Source: Eledone cirrhosa
Lineage: Eukaryota
Reading direction: 5' to 3'
Length of the DNA: 64,000 nucleotides
NCBI GenBank assembly: GCA_964016885.1
Contig: OZ024742.1
Span: 134,788,001-134,852,000 of the forward strand
Below are positions 1-14,084 of the stretch, one piece after another. The notes below the pieces were generated by a model. That model saw only the letters and a program-made list of their open reading frames with translations, searched no databases and was not told the origin of the DNA. The translations under genes were made by a program, and so were the position numbers. How positions within the stretch are numbered: position 1 is the first letter of the stretch; each line of letters begins with the position of its first letter.

Positions 1-331
1 GAAGGACATAAATTCACGTTTAAAGATGGCCAAACGTTCACCGTGAAAAACAACTTCACTTGCAACTCGGAGAACCTGATCAATGCGGTGGCTGTCGACA
101 TAACTACGGGTGTGTCATTACGCAAAAGAATGACCATCCATCGCCAACAAATCCGAGGCGTAAACACAAGGAACATTCCCTTGAATAAACATTGCAGATT
201 GTGCAGGAATGAATCTACCCAACTTTAAAATCATATCTCTTTACAAGTGCGACGCAGCTTTCACTCAACAACAAAGAATAAATAAGGATAAACTATTCAT
301 TAACAAATTTAAACCAAAACTAAATATGTAA
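1..331 (+). pseudogene. Degraded 3' end of a Penelope-like element GIY-YIG endonuclease (Neptune-like)
   Basis: Broken translation FTVKNNFTCNSENLI..LRKRMTIHRQQIR..H..C..LYK..QR..K..FINKFKPKLNM* fits the PLE GIY-YIG C-terminal pattern. The YIG segment is deleted and the frame is disrupted. Confidence 0.7.
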
Positions 332-424
332 TCACCCCCATTAAATCCCACACAGGCCACAAAATAATGTTTAGTTCTTTACAATGTTCTGGATTTTTGG
401 TAAAAAAATGTTAAAATTCCCATC

Positions 425-503
425 ACAAAGAGATCTGTGACAAACAGGCTGAAAAAAACACACAGACCCCCCCCCCCCCTACACACACATATATGTGGAT
501 TAT

Positions 504-537
<34 letters not shown>

Positions 538-1045
538 CATACACACAAACACACACACGCACAACGAAATATGAGAGATAAAATTACTCATTGCAGAAGT
601 TACTGCCCGTAATACCGATACTCTACTCTGCCTTTTTCTTAAAGAATATTTTCTAAATTTTTGAATTTATGGATTCTGAGAATCGTTTGGATTTTAGTTT
701 TTCATTTTTGACAATTTTCTGAATTTTGAAGAAAACTTTTTCTTAATTTCCTCCCACAAAGGGAACCGTGACAGACAGGCTGAAAAAAAACCACACACAA
801 ACACACACTAGACCCCCCCCCACCTCTACACACATACGTGTGTATTGCTAAGGGGACTGTGACAGACAGACTGAAAAAAATACACAGACACACACACACG
901 TATATACACACACATTCTAATAATAGAATTTCTCCTACACTCATGCTGCTTCCACATAACTTACCTCTATCATACCAAATCCCCCATATCCTTTTGAAAT
1001 TGTAACCAGTCAATTAACACAATCAGATATATACACACACAGGCT
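425..1045. repeat. Local imperfect repeat (CTGTGACA(A/G)ACAGGCTGAAAAAAA-CACACA-GACCCCCCC)
   Basis: The motif recurs at ~435, ~767, ~857 and partially at ~1040. Confidence 0.7.
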
Positions 1046-1441
1046 GTGAAGAAACACAACTACTGGTATCTTCTATTACCACCAAATTTTGAGCAAGAAG
1101 GATGGAAGAAAATTTGCTCCAAACATTTGATTTTAATTTTTAAATCCTTAGTTTTTAACTCCTATTAATTATTTTAAATTTTTATTTCAATACTCAACAT
1201 TTGATAAGATGGATTTTAAAAATACATCTAAGCCGGTAATACTTCATATACTTTATATACCTTATACATTTAAAAAAAAAAAACGAATTGTCCCTCTCAT
1301 TTTTTCAATAATGTTATATTTTCAATAATGTGATATTGACGAATCAAATAAAGAAAAACAGACCCTTAAATATATTTTCCGGGTTATTTCCAACTGCACC
1401 TTTTCTCTATATCCACTGTTTTTTTTATAGAACCTTATTTC

Positions 1442-1490
<49 letters not shown>

Positions 1491-1536
1491 TATATATATA
1501 ATAAGAAGTGTGCTAGCAGCGGAATTGTATAATAGA

Positions 1537-1632
1537 TAATTGTTTCTACTTTTGGCACAAGGCCATCAATTACCCAGTGCATTACTTGTACTTTATTTTA
1601 TCGACCTCGGAAGGATGAATGTCAAAGTTAAT
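1537..1632 (-). mobile_element. SINE family 1, 3' fragment
   Basis: Matches the 3' half of the copies at 23500-23690, 37847-37961 and 49350-49531. Confidence 0.8.
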
Positions 1633-1648
1633 CTAATATTTATTTAAA

Positions 1649-1880
1649 TACAGTGTGTGTAACTGACTCTGCACCAATGTGCAGAAACGTACACACATAT
1701 CTAATATGTAGACATATATACATGGCATGGAATAGGCTTCTCCTTGTGAGTTTTAAAATATATTAAACATTTGAATCCATTTTCCGATCAAATTGGTACC
1801 TCGTCAGAAGACGTGTATATCATCCAAACACAACGAAACATTTATTTAGTGAGTATATAAACCCATTCCCTGATAGTATT
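1649..1880 (+). repeat. Dispersed ~220 bp repeat starting TACAG(A/T)GTGTGTAAC (possible old Tc1/mariner-type MITE)
   Basis: Related copies at ~1998-2100, 9311-9510 and 10208-10437. The TA+CAG start is suggestive, but no clean right TIR was seen. Confidence 0.5.
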
Positions 1881-2669
1881 GTTCAGAAAAGGACGTTCAA
1901 ATCCGTATATAATTAGCACTGCTGTGGGTATCTATTGAGATATAAAGCAAGAGGTGTGCTACCACCCGATGTGTATAATAACCTTATACCTGTATAATAC
2001 AGAGTGTAAAAACAAGACTGCATGAAAGTCTATAAATATATTCACGTATCTAATATGTAAGCATGTTGACATGCCAAATAATATGAATTTCCCAGTAAAC
2101 TAGTTTACTGAACACACGTGTATCTGAAACCAACTCATCGATTGTTACACATATATCCAAGTACGAACACCTGGGCTGAAATTTGCAAACACTGTAGTTA
2201 TATTGACTTAAATAAAAATATACATTCGGTCATAGATGCACATCTACGCGTGGATATGTGTATAATATAAACTGTAGAAAGCCAAACGCTCATTACTGAA
2301 AATCTATCCGCACACACAGATAATTCTATACATTTCGTAAACGGAAGTTGACAGAAATTTACCACACTTCCGAATAAAATTTCAGATCTTCTCTTCTATT
2401 TTGTATGTAAAACTCTTAAACTATTTTCCTTCACCGTAATATGCTCATTCTTCTGATTAAATTTCTTGTTGACGTAGAAAAGTAAAGGGTATGATCATTC
2501 TCATGATATACACATCTCGAATGATGGCTGAAAACCCGATTAGAGGTAATGCGATCGCTTGATACTTAAGCATGAGCATCACGGCCGTGGCTTTGTAGTA
2601 CTTCCCCTAGAAAGATATCTTATTGAAGATTGGGAGTCTGTCGCTCCACAAAAAAAAAAAAAAAAATTA

Positions 2670-2830
2670 GATGGCCATTGGCTTTCCTGATGTCCAACAC
2701 CCTTTGACTGGTTTTGTTTTTCATCCCGCAGAGTATCCAAAATCAACTTCCTCGCCAAACAAGATTGGTAGGGTTGCCGATTTCGTCACCGGCGATCCGA
2801 CCATGCGCAGCTTCAACTGTCGGTTCCTGT
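2670..2830 (-). repeat. Fragment of a dispersed repeat, homologous to 36748-37295
   Basis: The reverse complement aligns to 36800-36930 (GGTCG..TCG..GG..ACCC.ACCAA..TTGG.GAGGA..GA.TTTGGA..CTGC.GGA..AAAAACAAAACC.GTCAAAGG..AGCCAATGGCCATC). Confidence 0.65.
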
Positions 2831-3005
2831 GTCTAAGTGAGTGTCTGTTTGAACATATTTTCAGAACAGATGAAGAAAATAGCAATAGGAAAGTAAGATG
2901 GTGTAATGTTAGCATTTCTGCCGGTGCAGCTTGATAGTGTGAGTTCAAATCATATATGTCCTGGTGTCTATTTCTTTCGCTAAATAGGCGTATAGGTTAT
3001 ATTAT

Positions 3006-3223
3006 TTAACCCTTTAGCATTTACATTACTATTACATGTTCATGGTAAACACTTTACCTCACGTAATTCTCTCATATAATATGGAATATACTAGATTTTG
3101 ATATGTTAATAATTATTTTAAGAAAAATACCTTAATGTCAGTATGAGTGGCCAGTTATGGCCAGTTTGAACACGAAGAGGTGAGAGAGTTCTGGCCAGGA
3201 TATGCCAGTTTTAAATGCGTTAA
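3006..3223. mobile_element. Degenerate piggyBac-like MITE
   Basis: Left end TTAA+CCCTTTAGCATTTA; the right end TAAATGC..GTTAA is a decayed inverse of it. Confidence 0.45.
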
Positions 3224-3344
3224 AGTACTTCTTTGTAGAGTAAAAAGCGAAATCGATGAGATTTCCAACGGGTTAGTTTATATATATTTATATATATATA
3301 TATGTGTGTGTGTGTTTGTGTGTGTCTGTGTGTGTAGTTAAGTT

Positions 3345-3686
3345 TTAGGAAAAACATACATGGTGTGATTAGAAAGAATACTATTTAATTATACATTGTT
3401 ACATATGTCACGGTCTACGTTTTTGTTGGGAAATATTTTTATTACCTACATTTTCCGAACTACAATGGACATTTTACCATCAAACATTCATAAGACAATG
3501 TGTAATTCCTAGATAGTTTTATATTGCTGATGATAAGCAGCAATGGCTATGCTTACCAATAGGTATCCTACATTCTTTGTTTGTACATAAAACGTAGACA
3601 GAGACATAACTCAATAACGAAACATATGTAAAGATTTATAATTAAATAATATTTTTTTCTAGTGACGCCTTGTATGATTTTCCTAA
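3345..3686. mobile_element. Fold-back element (inverted ~75-95 bp arms) with a degenerate hammerhead-like core
   Basis: 3345-3420 is the imperfect reverse complement of 3590-3686. CTGATGA occurs at ~3528, and GAAA with palindromic ACATATGT at ~3620. Confidence 0.55.
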
Positions 3687-3882
3687 CGCATTAACTATAC
3701 GTACTCCGTGAATTATTGGGACCTGAAAATATACCCATGTGTACCTGGAATATTATCTCGTTAGATCAGATTATACAGGTTGAGAGACCTATCTGGTGAG
3801 TACTCATTTAATTAACGTTTATAGAATCATTTTGCAAGTCTCATGCTGCCAAGAAAAATGAAACCTACTCCACCATTTATAC

Positions 3883-3949
<67 letters not shown>

Positions 3950-3989
3950 AAGAGAGATAGATGGGGGGGGGATAAATAAATAAAGAGAG

Positions 3990-4400
<411 letters not shown>

Positions 4401-4494
4401 GTTGGTAGCATCAGACGTCTGTCATTTTCGTTCAACTAATTTATTTACGTTATTCTTAACTCCGGAGCCGAGAATCATTCGGTTTCCTAAATAA

Positions 4495-4785
4495 AATATT
4501 AGTCTAATGACATCATTTATAACATAAACGTGGTTTTGTCTTTGCGTGTAATTGTTCTCATCGCTTCACATGACGACATATTATATTCTCTTTTTTCCGT
4601 TCATTGCCAGGGAACGTCTTCATGGACAAAAGTATCGTCTTCCCATTTTCCTTCGATTGCAACGTTTTTCGAAATATTTACTTCTGCGCTCACAGATTGA
4701 TTTTTTTTTTAGTTTCAGAAGATCCCGTTATGGGTGAAAGCAGCGATTATTTGGTGAAACTTTAATCTGTTATTTAAATAAATAA
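4495..4785 (+). mobile_element. Non-coding PLE-type terminal element, family A (variant HHR at 4711-4761)
   Basis: Colinear with 35175-35465; its 3' part recurs at 9880-9953 and inverted at 9533-9596. Confidence 0.75.
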
Positions 4786-4802
4786 ATAAATAAATAAATA
4801 AA

Positions 4803-4876
<74 letters not shown>

Positions 4877-5019
4877 TATATATAGCATGGTCATATACTT
4901 AATGTGTATAGATACATATAAAAGTATATATATATAAAGTACGGTCATATACTGAATGTGTGTGTGTATATATATATATACACACACGTTCAGTATATGA
5001 CCGTACTTTACAAGGACCT

Positions 5020-5870
5020 CACTGCAACATTTCATCTCTCAACTGTACCTGTAACATCTTCTAAATACTCAATCAGTGGCCTCAAAGAATTATTTAAGTT
5101 ATTTCGCGCGGTGGTTTTAATACACAGCAGGGGCACCTACGTGTAGATTGTCGACATAGTTACAACTGGCAGAGTGGGTTTGGTATTCTTTCCAATGAAA
5201 GAGGTTTGTATATTCCCATGAATAAACATCTGAATTCGTGTAAAACAAAACAGAATCAACGAACAGAACGTTTCGATTCTGTCAGCAAGCATCATGGAGT
5301 AATTGGCTGAATGTACCATTGAGCGTGATAGCCAGTTTTTTGTAGACGAATTCTACTGTAACCAACAATGCCCGGCTTAAGAACATCTTCTCAGAAGATG
5401 TTACTTAGAGAATTACAGTAACGTTGGTGTTATAAACAGGATTGAACGGTGATTGATGTAAGCACACCTAAACCTTATCGAAAGTAAACAAAACCACGTC
5501 CAAGATGTCAATTATATTTTTCACAGCCAAAACTTCACAGTTACAATGCTTGAAGAAAAGTGCATCGAATGAATGATTGAAAGCAATGGTAATTTCTACT
5601 AGGAACAAGTGGTAATCAACCAGGCCAGTGCCTAGAAAGCTCACTGACATCATAGACATGCACTGTAGAAGCATTGTAAGACGGTTACGCTACCGTATAC
5701 ATAACAGATTGAGGTTTGGAAGTCTGTCGAAACAGGAAGCGATTCAATCTGGGATTGATTAGGAGAGATCACCTTCATATGGATTTGGAGGAAAAGGACC
5801 ACTCCGTTGAAATTGGGACACATGTTGCAGAGATACCAATGGTGTCGATGTCACCATGACAAAGGTGTTT
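5020..5870 (-). pseudogene. Highly decayed LINE RT remnant (CR1/L2-like?)
   Basis: The minus-strand peptide IDILDVVLFTFDKV resembles the RT D-x-x-K-A-F-D-x-V motif. Many stops; weak signal. Confidence 0.35.
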
Positions 5871-6903
5871 GATTTTGAAATATCCCACAAACCACAATTA
5901 CATCACGGAAGATATATCTCAAAACAGAAAACAATCGAACGCGCAACTATAAATATAAAACAGGATTCCAATGGATACATCAGCGTTCTCATCCTGTCTG
6001 TTTTAATCTAGTGATAGATTGAGATACCTTTTGTATATTATGGATTATATAATAGATTAATATTGATAGAGTACAAATTGTCAGCTCCTCGTGACATCGA
6101 TTCCTTGTCAAATATCACAATGACAATATTCTCTTAAAGATCTACAGACAGAATGTGAACTTATAATTCGATTGACAACAAAGAAAGATAAATAAAAGTA
6201 ATGTAAAAACGAAATTATGATATAAATGTTCAAAGAAGAAAGGGAATAATACTATAAAATATAAGGGGAGAGACATACGTGAGATGGACTCTGTGTGATG
6301 AAGAGAATAATTTGTATCAGATAGCAAAACATTGTATATGTAGTCTATGATTTAAGATTGGTTGCGCAAGACAGGAAGGAAAATGAGTAAAAATAGGAGT
6401 AAAAAAAGTAAAAACGGATTAATGATTAAGGGAATGCAAAACAAAGAAGAATTTAAATTGTGACAGAGAAAAATGTTATGAAAAAAATAGAGGTGTACGT
6501 GAAATTTTAAATAGGAAATAGGAAAAAATATATATGATGCTGAGAGTACGAAGGAAAATAAGGTAATATATACAATACAGAACCCTTTCCAAGAAAGAGA
6601 TATTGAAAGAAAGACAAAAAGATGCAGGTTTCCTAAGTGACTACAAAAGAAAGTATGAAGTAAAAAAAAAAACTGGACAAAGATAACGTGAGAAAGATGT
6701 GCTAGAAAGCAATGTCAGAGTAATCTAGATCCTAGAATTCCACAACTGAAAAGTATTGCATGATATAAATATAGAAAGCGGAGCATACTGAGTATCCATT
6801 CCTCATGCCAATAGAACGCACACACATACACACGAATATGCATTCACACAAATACTACCACACTTAGAATCATGCACATAAATACACACAAACATACATA
6901 CAC

Positions 6904-7361
<458 letters not shown>

Positions 7362-7374
7362 GATAACATTTTAT

Positions 7375-7413
<39 letters not shown>

Positions 7414-7484
7414 GAAACAACAAGTTTCCATATTCAGTATATTATATATATATATTATATATATCAGTATATTATATATATATA

Positions 7485-7604
<120 letters not shown>

Positions 7605-7637
7605 GTATACATTTATATATATATAAGTGTGTATATC

Positions 7638-7671
<34 letters not shown>

Positions 7672-7743
7672 ATGCTAGGGAAAGGATCAGGGGTGTATAA
7701 CACTCCACTTATCCAGCAGGCAGTATGCAGTATGTTATTTATT

Positions 7744-7810
<67 letters not shown>

Positions 7811-8643
7811 TATATACAGAGAAACAAATATTTCCATATTCAGTATATTAATGTTGCTGTTCGTACATGTATGAATCCGCCATGGTGAATAGATATGCAT
7901 ATAGATACACATTCATCAGCATCGTTGCTTTTGCAACACTTATACAAGCACTCATACAAAGACAAAATTGTGAACATACAACTCATCATATTTTGTTTTT
8001 TTATTCACTCATTCCTGATTTAGTGTTCTGAAGTTTAGTGAAACGCCTCAAAAGTAACAGATATATACACATGATATATACACATGCTGTATTCATATAT
8101 ATACACATTCTTTATTCACATGCAACAACATACATGCACATATCCACACACAAGTTCCCGGTCGTATATATCGACGTGTGAGGAAATGTATACATACATA
8201 GGAATACGTATTCCGACACATATACATGAATTCATTTATACACATAGATCATACTTCCATGCATATACATATATACACATACATTACCTATATACATATA
8301 TGCATGCAAATGTACGTACGTACACAAACTCACACGCATATGTAAAAATAATGGCTGAAAATTTAATTAATTTAAGTGGATACTTCATGGTTGTGTCCGG
8401 AAAGCCCTACAGTTCCATACGTCACGTGTTTGACAGCATGCATAGCGCATGGAAGAAGTGCATATTGAAGGGTAGAGCAGAGAATGGATTGGTAGTGTGA
8501 CAGGTATATAGTCAGGGTGGATGAAGGAGTGAAGCTAGCGGTTGAAGAAGAATATGTAAGAGCAGTAAGAGGCGAATGTTTAGAAAGTCTAACGAAGATG
8601 TAAACTGTGTTACAAGTAGATATATCTCAAGAAGATAAAGAAG

Positions 8644-8693
<50 letters not shown>

Positions 8694-8815
8694 CTTCTTT
8701 ATATATAAATATATATATATATATATTGCTAGTGCACCGATAAGTCAAAACGAGAGTTTGGAAGAAACCATCGTCAACAATAAAATGTTTTGAACACAGT
8801 TTTCATTATTGAGTA

Positions 8816-8872
<57 letters not shown>

Positions 8873-8878
8873 CGTGCA

Positions 8879-8969
<91 letters not shown>

Positions 8970-9058
8970 ATGTAAAAGGTAAACAGAAATAACAACACAG
9001 TCGGTACAGTATATGGAAGTGACCTATTAGGTTAACGCTTGATAGAGCAGGAAGAGGG

Positions 9059-9094
9059 TCTTAACGTTTCAGACGCGAGTCCTTCATCAGAAGA
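9059..9094 (-). ncRNA. Minimal type I hammerhead ribozyme (family B, copy 2, within 8973-9190)
   Basis: The minus strand reads tctt-CTGATGA-aggactcgcgtct-GAAACGTT-aaga. Confidence 0.75.
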
Positions 9095-9532
9095 AAAAAT
9101 GAGAAATAAGATAGATTGAGGAGACGGGTGGGTTGGAATAGAAAAAAATGTCATAAGATAAAAATAACAGGTCCAGTCATGTTGTCATACATATATATAT
9201 GAAGAGAGAGGTAGATAGATAGAGAGATAGAGAGAGAGGGAGAGAGAGAGATGTTTGAGTGTGTGTATCAAGAGTTGCAATAGCAGACGAAATGAATAAT
9301 GATGTATAAATACAGAGTGTGTAACTGAAACTGCATTAACCTGTACAAATATATACACATATTTAATATGTAGTCATATCTGCATCCCATCAATTACGAT
9401 TTTTCATGCGGATTGAAAAAGGATAAACATTTTAATCAATTTATGGATCGAAGTGAACCCTAGCCAGTATATCATGCAATCAACGACAGTGAAATTTATA
9501 TTCGAAGTGTATATATATATATATATATATAT

Positions 9533-9803
9533 ATTAAAATAACAGATAAAAGTTTAAGCAAAGAATCGCTGCTTTCACCCTTAACGGGATCTTCTGCTCT
9601 AGGGTGCTTATATATTTATCCTTATCGAGCCCTCTTTCGATTTTAGTCTTCACATTTATTATTATTACTATATATATATATATATATATAACGAAGGAAA
9701 TGTGGTAAGGAACCAGGTGGACCATAACGCACCAAAGTACTCAATACTTAGGGTAGTAGAGTGGGTAATAGGAACAAGTAAGACCCCAGGGGTCTTACTT
9801 GTT

Positions 9804-9840
<37 letters not shown>

Positions 9841-10037
9841 TAAAATAACAGATTAAAGTTTAAGGAAAGAATCGCTGTTAGTTTCAGAAGATCCCGTTAA
9901 GGGTGAAAGCAGCGATTCTTTGCTTAAACTTTAATCTGTTATTTTAATAAATATTTGCTCTACGGTTCTTATATATTTGATATATATTTATCCTTATCGA
10001 GCCCTCTTTGGATTTTAGTCTTCATATTTATTATTAT

Positions 10038-10042
<5 letters not shown>
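9533..10042. mobile_element. Cluster of rearranged PLE termini (families A and D) within (TA)n
   Basis: Inverted family A piece at 9533-9596, family D palindrome at 9768-9808, family A fold-back at 9836-9953, and a duplicated tail at 9595-9670 / 9956-10042. Confidence 0.7.
9880..9930 (+). ncRNA. Type I hammerhead with a variant core (CAGAAGA)
   Basis: agttt-CAGAAGA-t ccc gttaa ggg t-GAA-AGCAG cgattct TTGCT-T-aaact: all three stems pair. Confidence 0.7.
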
Positions 10043-10083
<41 letters not shown>

Positions 10084-10569
10084 TCGATCATAATATGCTT
10101 CAGAAAAGGTAATACTTATTTGCAAACAATTAATGCTCGTGTTGGCAACGAAGGCGTGTATTAAGAAATGCGCTAGCAGAGGTATGATAGAGTTACATCG
10201 GTATCAATACAGTGTGTAACTAAAGTTTGTAACTAAAGATATACACATATCTAATATTTAGGCATATAAACATACCAAAATATAAGAATTTCCCTTTAGA
10301 TTGAAAAAAAAAAATGATAAACATTTTAATCAATTTTCAGATGAAAATGGATGCTTATGAAATGACGTGAATATCATCCAATCAACCACATGAAAACCTG
10401 CATCTGATACGTATATATACCCACTAACTCTTTGTATTAATCTATTAAAAGGTCGGTTAATATAACGAGAATGGCATGCGTGAATGGGCCTAATCTGTGT
10501 ATGCAACTGTATGCGAGTGAGTAATCGATGTATGCAACTGTAGAGATGAGAGAGGTTATTATTACTTTT

Positions 10570-10736
10570 ATTACGGCCCTTTAACTTCTGAGTTCAAATC
10601 CTATCGTTGGGAGATATGCTTTTCATCCTTACGAGGTCGATCAAATAAATATAATGGGGTTAAGGTTAGGTCTTGTGTTTAATAGACTTCCCCTCTCCTA
10701 AAATTGTTGACTTGTGCCTGTAGTAGAAATACTTGT
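10570..10736 (+). mobile_element. SINE family 1, diverged copy
   Basis: B-box GAGTTCAAATCC, core CTTTCATCCTTACGAGGTCGAT, and tail GACTTGTGCC..TAGAAA. Confidence 0.65.
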
Positions 10737-10789
10737 TTTCATGATGATGATCATCATCATTATCACCTTTGTTGTTTTGTCTGTGAAAT

Positions 10790-12935
10790 CATGCAATTCG
10801 TTACTCCGTTAGATTTGAGGATTTTAATTCTGTAATTTGTTGTAAAGTTTTTGCTCAAATGTGGTCTTAAGACAACCATTTTTGCCTTGTGCAAAGGGCA
10901 CCTCACAGTAGGTGGTGGGACTTGAGCCCAAATATTTGAATATTACTCTTCGTGAAAAATTTGTTCTTCCTAGAATGCATGGACAGAGAACGGCACCCTA
11001 CGTTTAGCCAACTGCCACACCAAAACCGCCATAACGACTACAATCACAACAAAGCACACAGAACTTCACGTTAATAAGAAGGGCCAACGAGAGGTTTATA
11101 GCCCTTAGAGAACGAAGTCAAGTATTTTAAAAGGCGGTGGGAATTTTTAACGCCAGCCCTTATCGTCTACCAGATGACATCCGGATGGTCCCTATGTCGC
11201 TCGGTACATGCAAGAACATTAGGGACGGCTTTCCGCGTGGCATAATAAACCCTAATGTTAATCCGATAAATGGACACTTAATGGGGCTCCCAAAAGTACC
11301 TGCATTATATATGGAGGTGACCCCCCCCCCCCCCCTAGCCGACTTCCACGAGTCCCAGGAGATAAGTAAGCCATTTTTCTCTCGATCAAGCTGCAAACAT
11401 GGCCGTTTTAAGAGTAAGGTATTTAATTTTGTGTAGCCTGTGGTCGTCCTGCAAGCAGTGTCATTTGCTGAACGACATCAGATCACTAGATATGGATGCG
11501 ATTCCCGACGCTACTCCTCATGTGACCGCTATCAGATCCTTGCATCTCTTAGTCGGCCGGGAATGGGAAGTTGGCAGGCATTGCTGTTTAGGATGACCTA
11601 AGTGAAGAGGTAAGGACGATATTTCTGGATCCGGATGGTAAGTTGGTTGTCCTGCATGTGAACAATAGCGAAGGGATGACTGTAGGCTGGTGTCCGTCTA
11701 CGCCCCGAACGGTGTCGGGTGGCCGTATTTATTTAGATGATTGGAAGTGTTTGTGGGAACGTAAATCCCGTTTTGTTTAGCGGGAGATGGAAACGCATCT
11801 TAGTTATACGCTGGAATTATGTGGGAGTAACTGATAGGAGCTGGGTTGCAATAGCCTCAAGTACCTGATCAGCCATTACCAACTGTCTGTCAGATACCGA
11901 CTAGATGTTCCTAATATGACAGTGTTGACATGTACCAACCGCATATGATCATGTATATCCTATAGACAAGTTTTTGTGTTTGGTCAGTAGATAAGGATAG
12001 TACAATTGTTTAACATTTCTGAACGGTCACCTATTCATACCACTAATTTATGTGTTGCATGGTCGATCAAAATAGCACTTATAGGTTAGAACCTGCTTAT
12101 TAGAGGCTCAAAACCTCATATTAGGTGCCTAAAGCTTAAAAAGACAGGGTCACCACTTTAGTTAAGTGAACCTTGACAGAGAGATTAAAGTAGTTTCAAA
12201 GGGCTTTAGTAAAGAATTAGCTTAAAAAGCAGAAAGGATGGATTTCAGGTAGCTAAATTAGACGAGGTGATTAGAAATGGCATTCCAACTGACGTCAAGC
12301 ATCGATACCTGGAGGGTCATCAATGTAGCTGGCTGCAGTCTCGTTTTCAGGGGTTGGATCGCTGAAATGCACAGATACATATGTTCGGTCTTCAAATTAA
12401 ATGGCTACCTTCGTAACAATTTCAGTTCACACGATAGGTCTGTAAAGGGGCCCTCTCTCCTCCCTAAATACGCATTGACTCTCGAGTCTTTGCTGTGGAA
12501 GATGGAGCTGTTGCAGAGTATCCCGGTTAAACAGGAACGTGTAATGGCCGAGTCGACATATGTGAGCTATATCACGGTGCTGGTGTTGAACACCTCGCAA
12601 ATCGACGTGGTCGGTACTTTCTTAGAAGAAAATTGACGGGAAGAAAACTGAATACGGAAAAGTTGGCGGATTTGCTGCTTGGCACACCGAGAGGTAAGTC
12701 CATGACGTTCAACAGTGTCGAAGGAAGCTGGATGGACGGAGCAGTGAGGTTGTTCGGGGTCTGGTTCGGTACCGACCTCCAGGTAAATGAGAACTGCGAT
12801 GCGGTAAGGGGCAGGGTGGCCACTCTCACCCAGAATAGGGCTGAGAGGAAGCTATCTCTTAAAGCTCGGGTGGAGGTGGCAAAAGTATACATTGCATCGT
12901 CATCAATTACTGCCTGACTGTCGTAGTGGGGTGAT
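10790..12935 (+). pseudogene. Old, internally deleted Tx1/L1-clade LINE copy
   Basis: Patchy identity to the intact element: 5' motif GCCCAAATATTTGAA, ORF1 C-terminus (11040-11370), EN start MAVLRV..HLLNDIRSL, and RT pieces (12290-12930). Many stops and frameshifts. Confidence 0.85.
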
Positions 12936-12944
12936 GGGTGTTTC

Positions 12945-13873
12945 ATTAAAGTTGCTCGGGATTTGGTTAGGGCCAGACCTCCAGGTGGATAAGAATTGAG
13001 ACGAGGTGACGGGTAGTGTAGCTATTCTCACCCAGAAATGGGCTGGGATGAAGCTATCACTGAAAGATCGGGCGGAGGTGGCGAACGCGTACATCGCGTC
13101 CGTCATCTACTACCGTCTGACCGTCGTCCCTTGCCCTCGTTCGCGCCTCGCCATCTTGGAACGGCTCCTCTTCAAATTCTTGTGGAGGGGTCAGGTTCCA
13201 CCGATGGGGCGGTCCATCTGCTACCAGCACCCTCTACGTGGAGGGCTGGGCATGCCGTGGCTAAGGATGCGCATGGCCGCGCTGAGGCTGCGGCATCACC
13301 AGATATTCTACCTAAACGGTGAACAGGTGTGATCGCCGTTTGTCAGACGGGCCTTTCCGCAGCTCGTTTCTTTGACTGAGCTGCAGTCCTGGGTCAAGAA
13401 GAGACCGAGAGTGGGTGACTGGCATCTGGAATGTTTCCAGGCACTCACTGCCCTCAACCAGGTGAGGGTGGAGATAGAAGGAAGGTGAGGGTGGAGATAG
13501 AAGTGCTTTCCCCAGTACATTTGCTGAAAGGTGGGTGAATGTGGTGAGAATGGTCCGTGTGAGTGGGCCTACTCTGGTCATGCGGCTGTAGGTAGGTAAA
13601 TTTGAGGAGGAGTGGGGTGCCCATCCAGGGTGCTCGCCAAGCGTCTGTCGTTCAGGATTTGTGGGGTACCTGAGCGAGGCCTGGGTGGTCATCCCTCCCC
13701 CCTATTGGGGAATATTTTCTTGTAATTTTCTTGTTACTTTGTTATTGTTATTCGTATTGTTTACTCGATTTTTCTGTAAAACCCCACTGTCCCAGTCTTT
13801 TGTATTGTCCCCTATATGTCGGCTCTTGTGGCCAATAAATGAAATCATTATTATTATTATTATTATTATTATT
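12945..13873 (+). pseudogene. Younger 5'-truncated Tx1/L1-clade copy with 3' UTR and (ATT)n tail
   Basis: High identity to 18268-18775 and 19334-19712, with an internal deletion near 13460. Ends AATAAATGAAATC(ATT)n. Confidence 0.9.
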
Positions 13874-14084
13874 GACGAAAGTTGATGTACGTTTTTTGAA
13901 GCTCCGTGAGTAAGCAATTTTTTGAGGATTAATTGTAGAGAATTGTTTAATTTTTGTACCGCTGAAGCATTATAAGACATTCATTTGTATCCTGTGAAGG
14001 AATAACTTATAATATTTGGGCCTTTTGGCCCAAATATTTGAACTTTATTTTGGAAAAAATAATAATTTTTTTTCTCAAAAAAAC

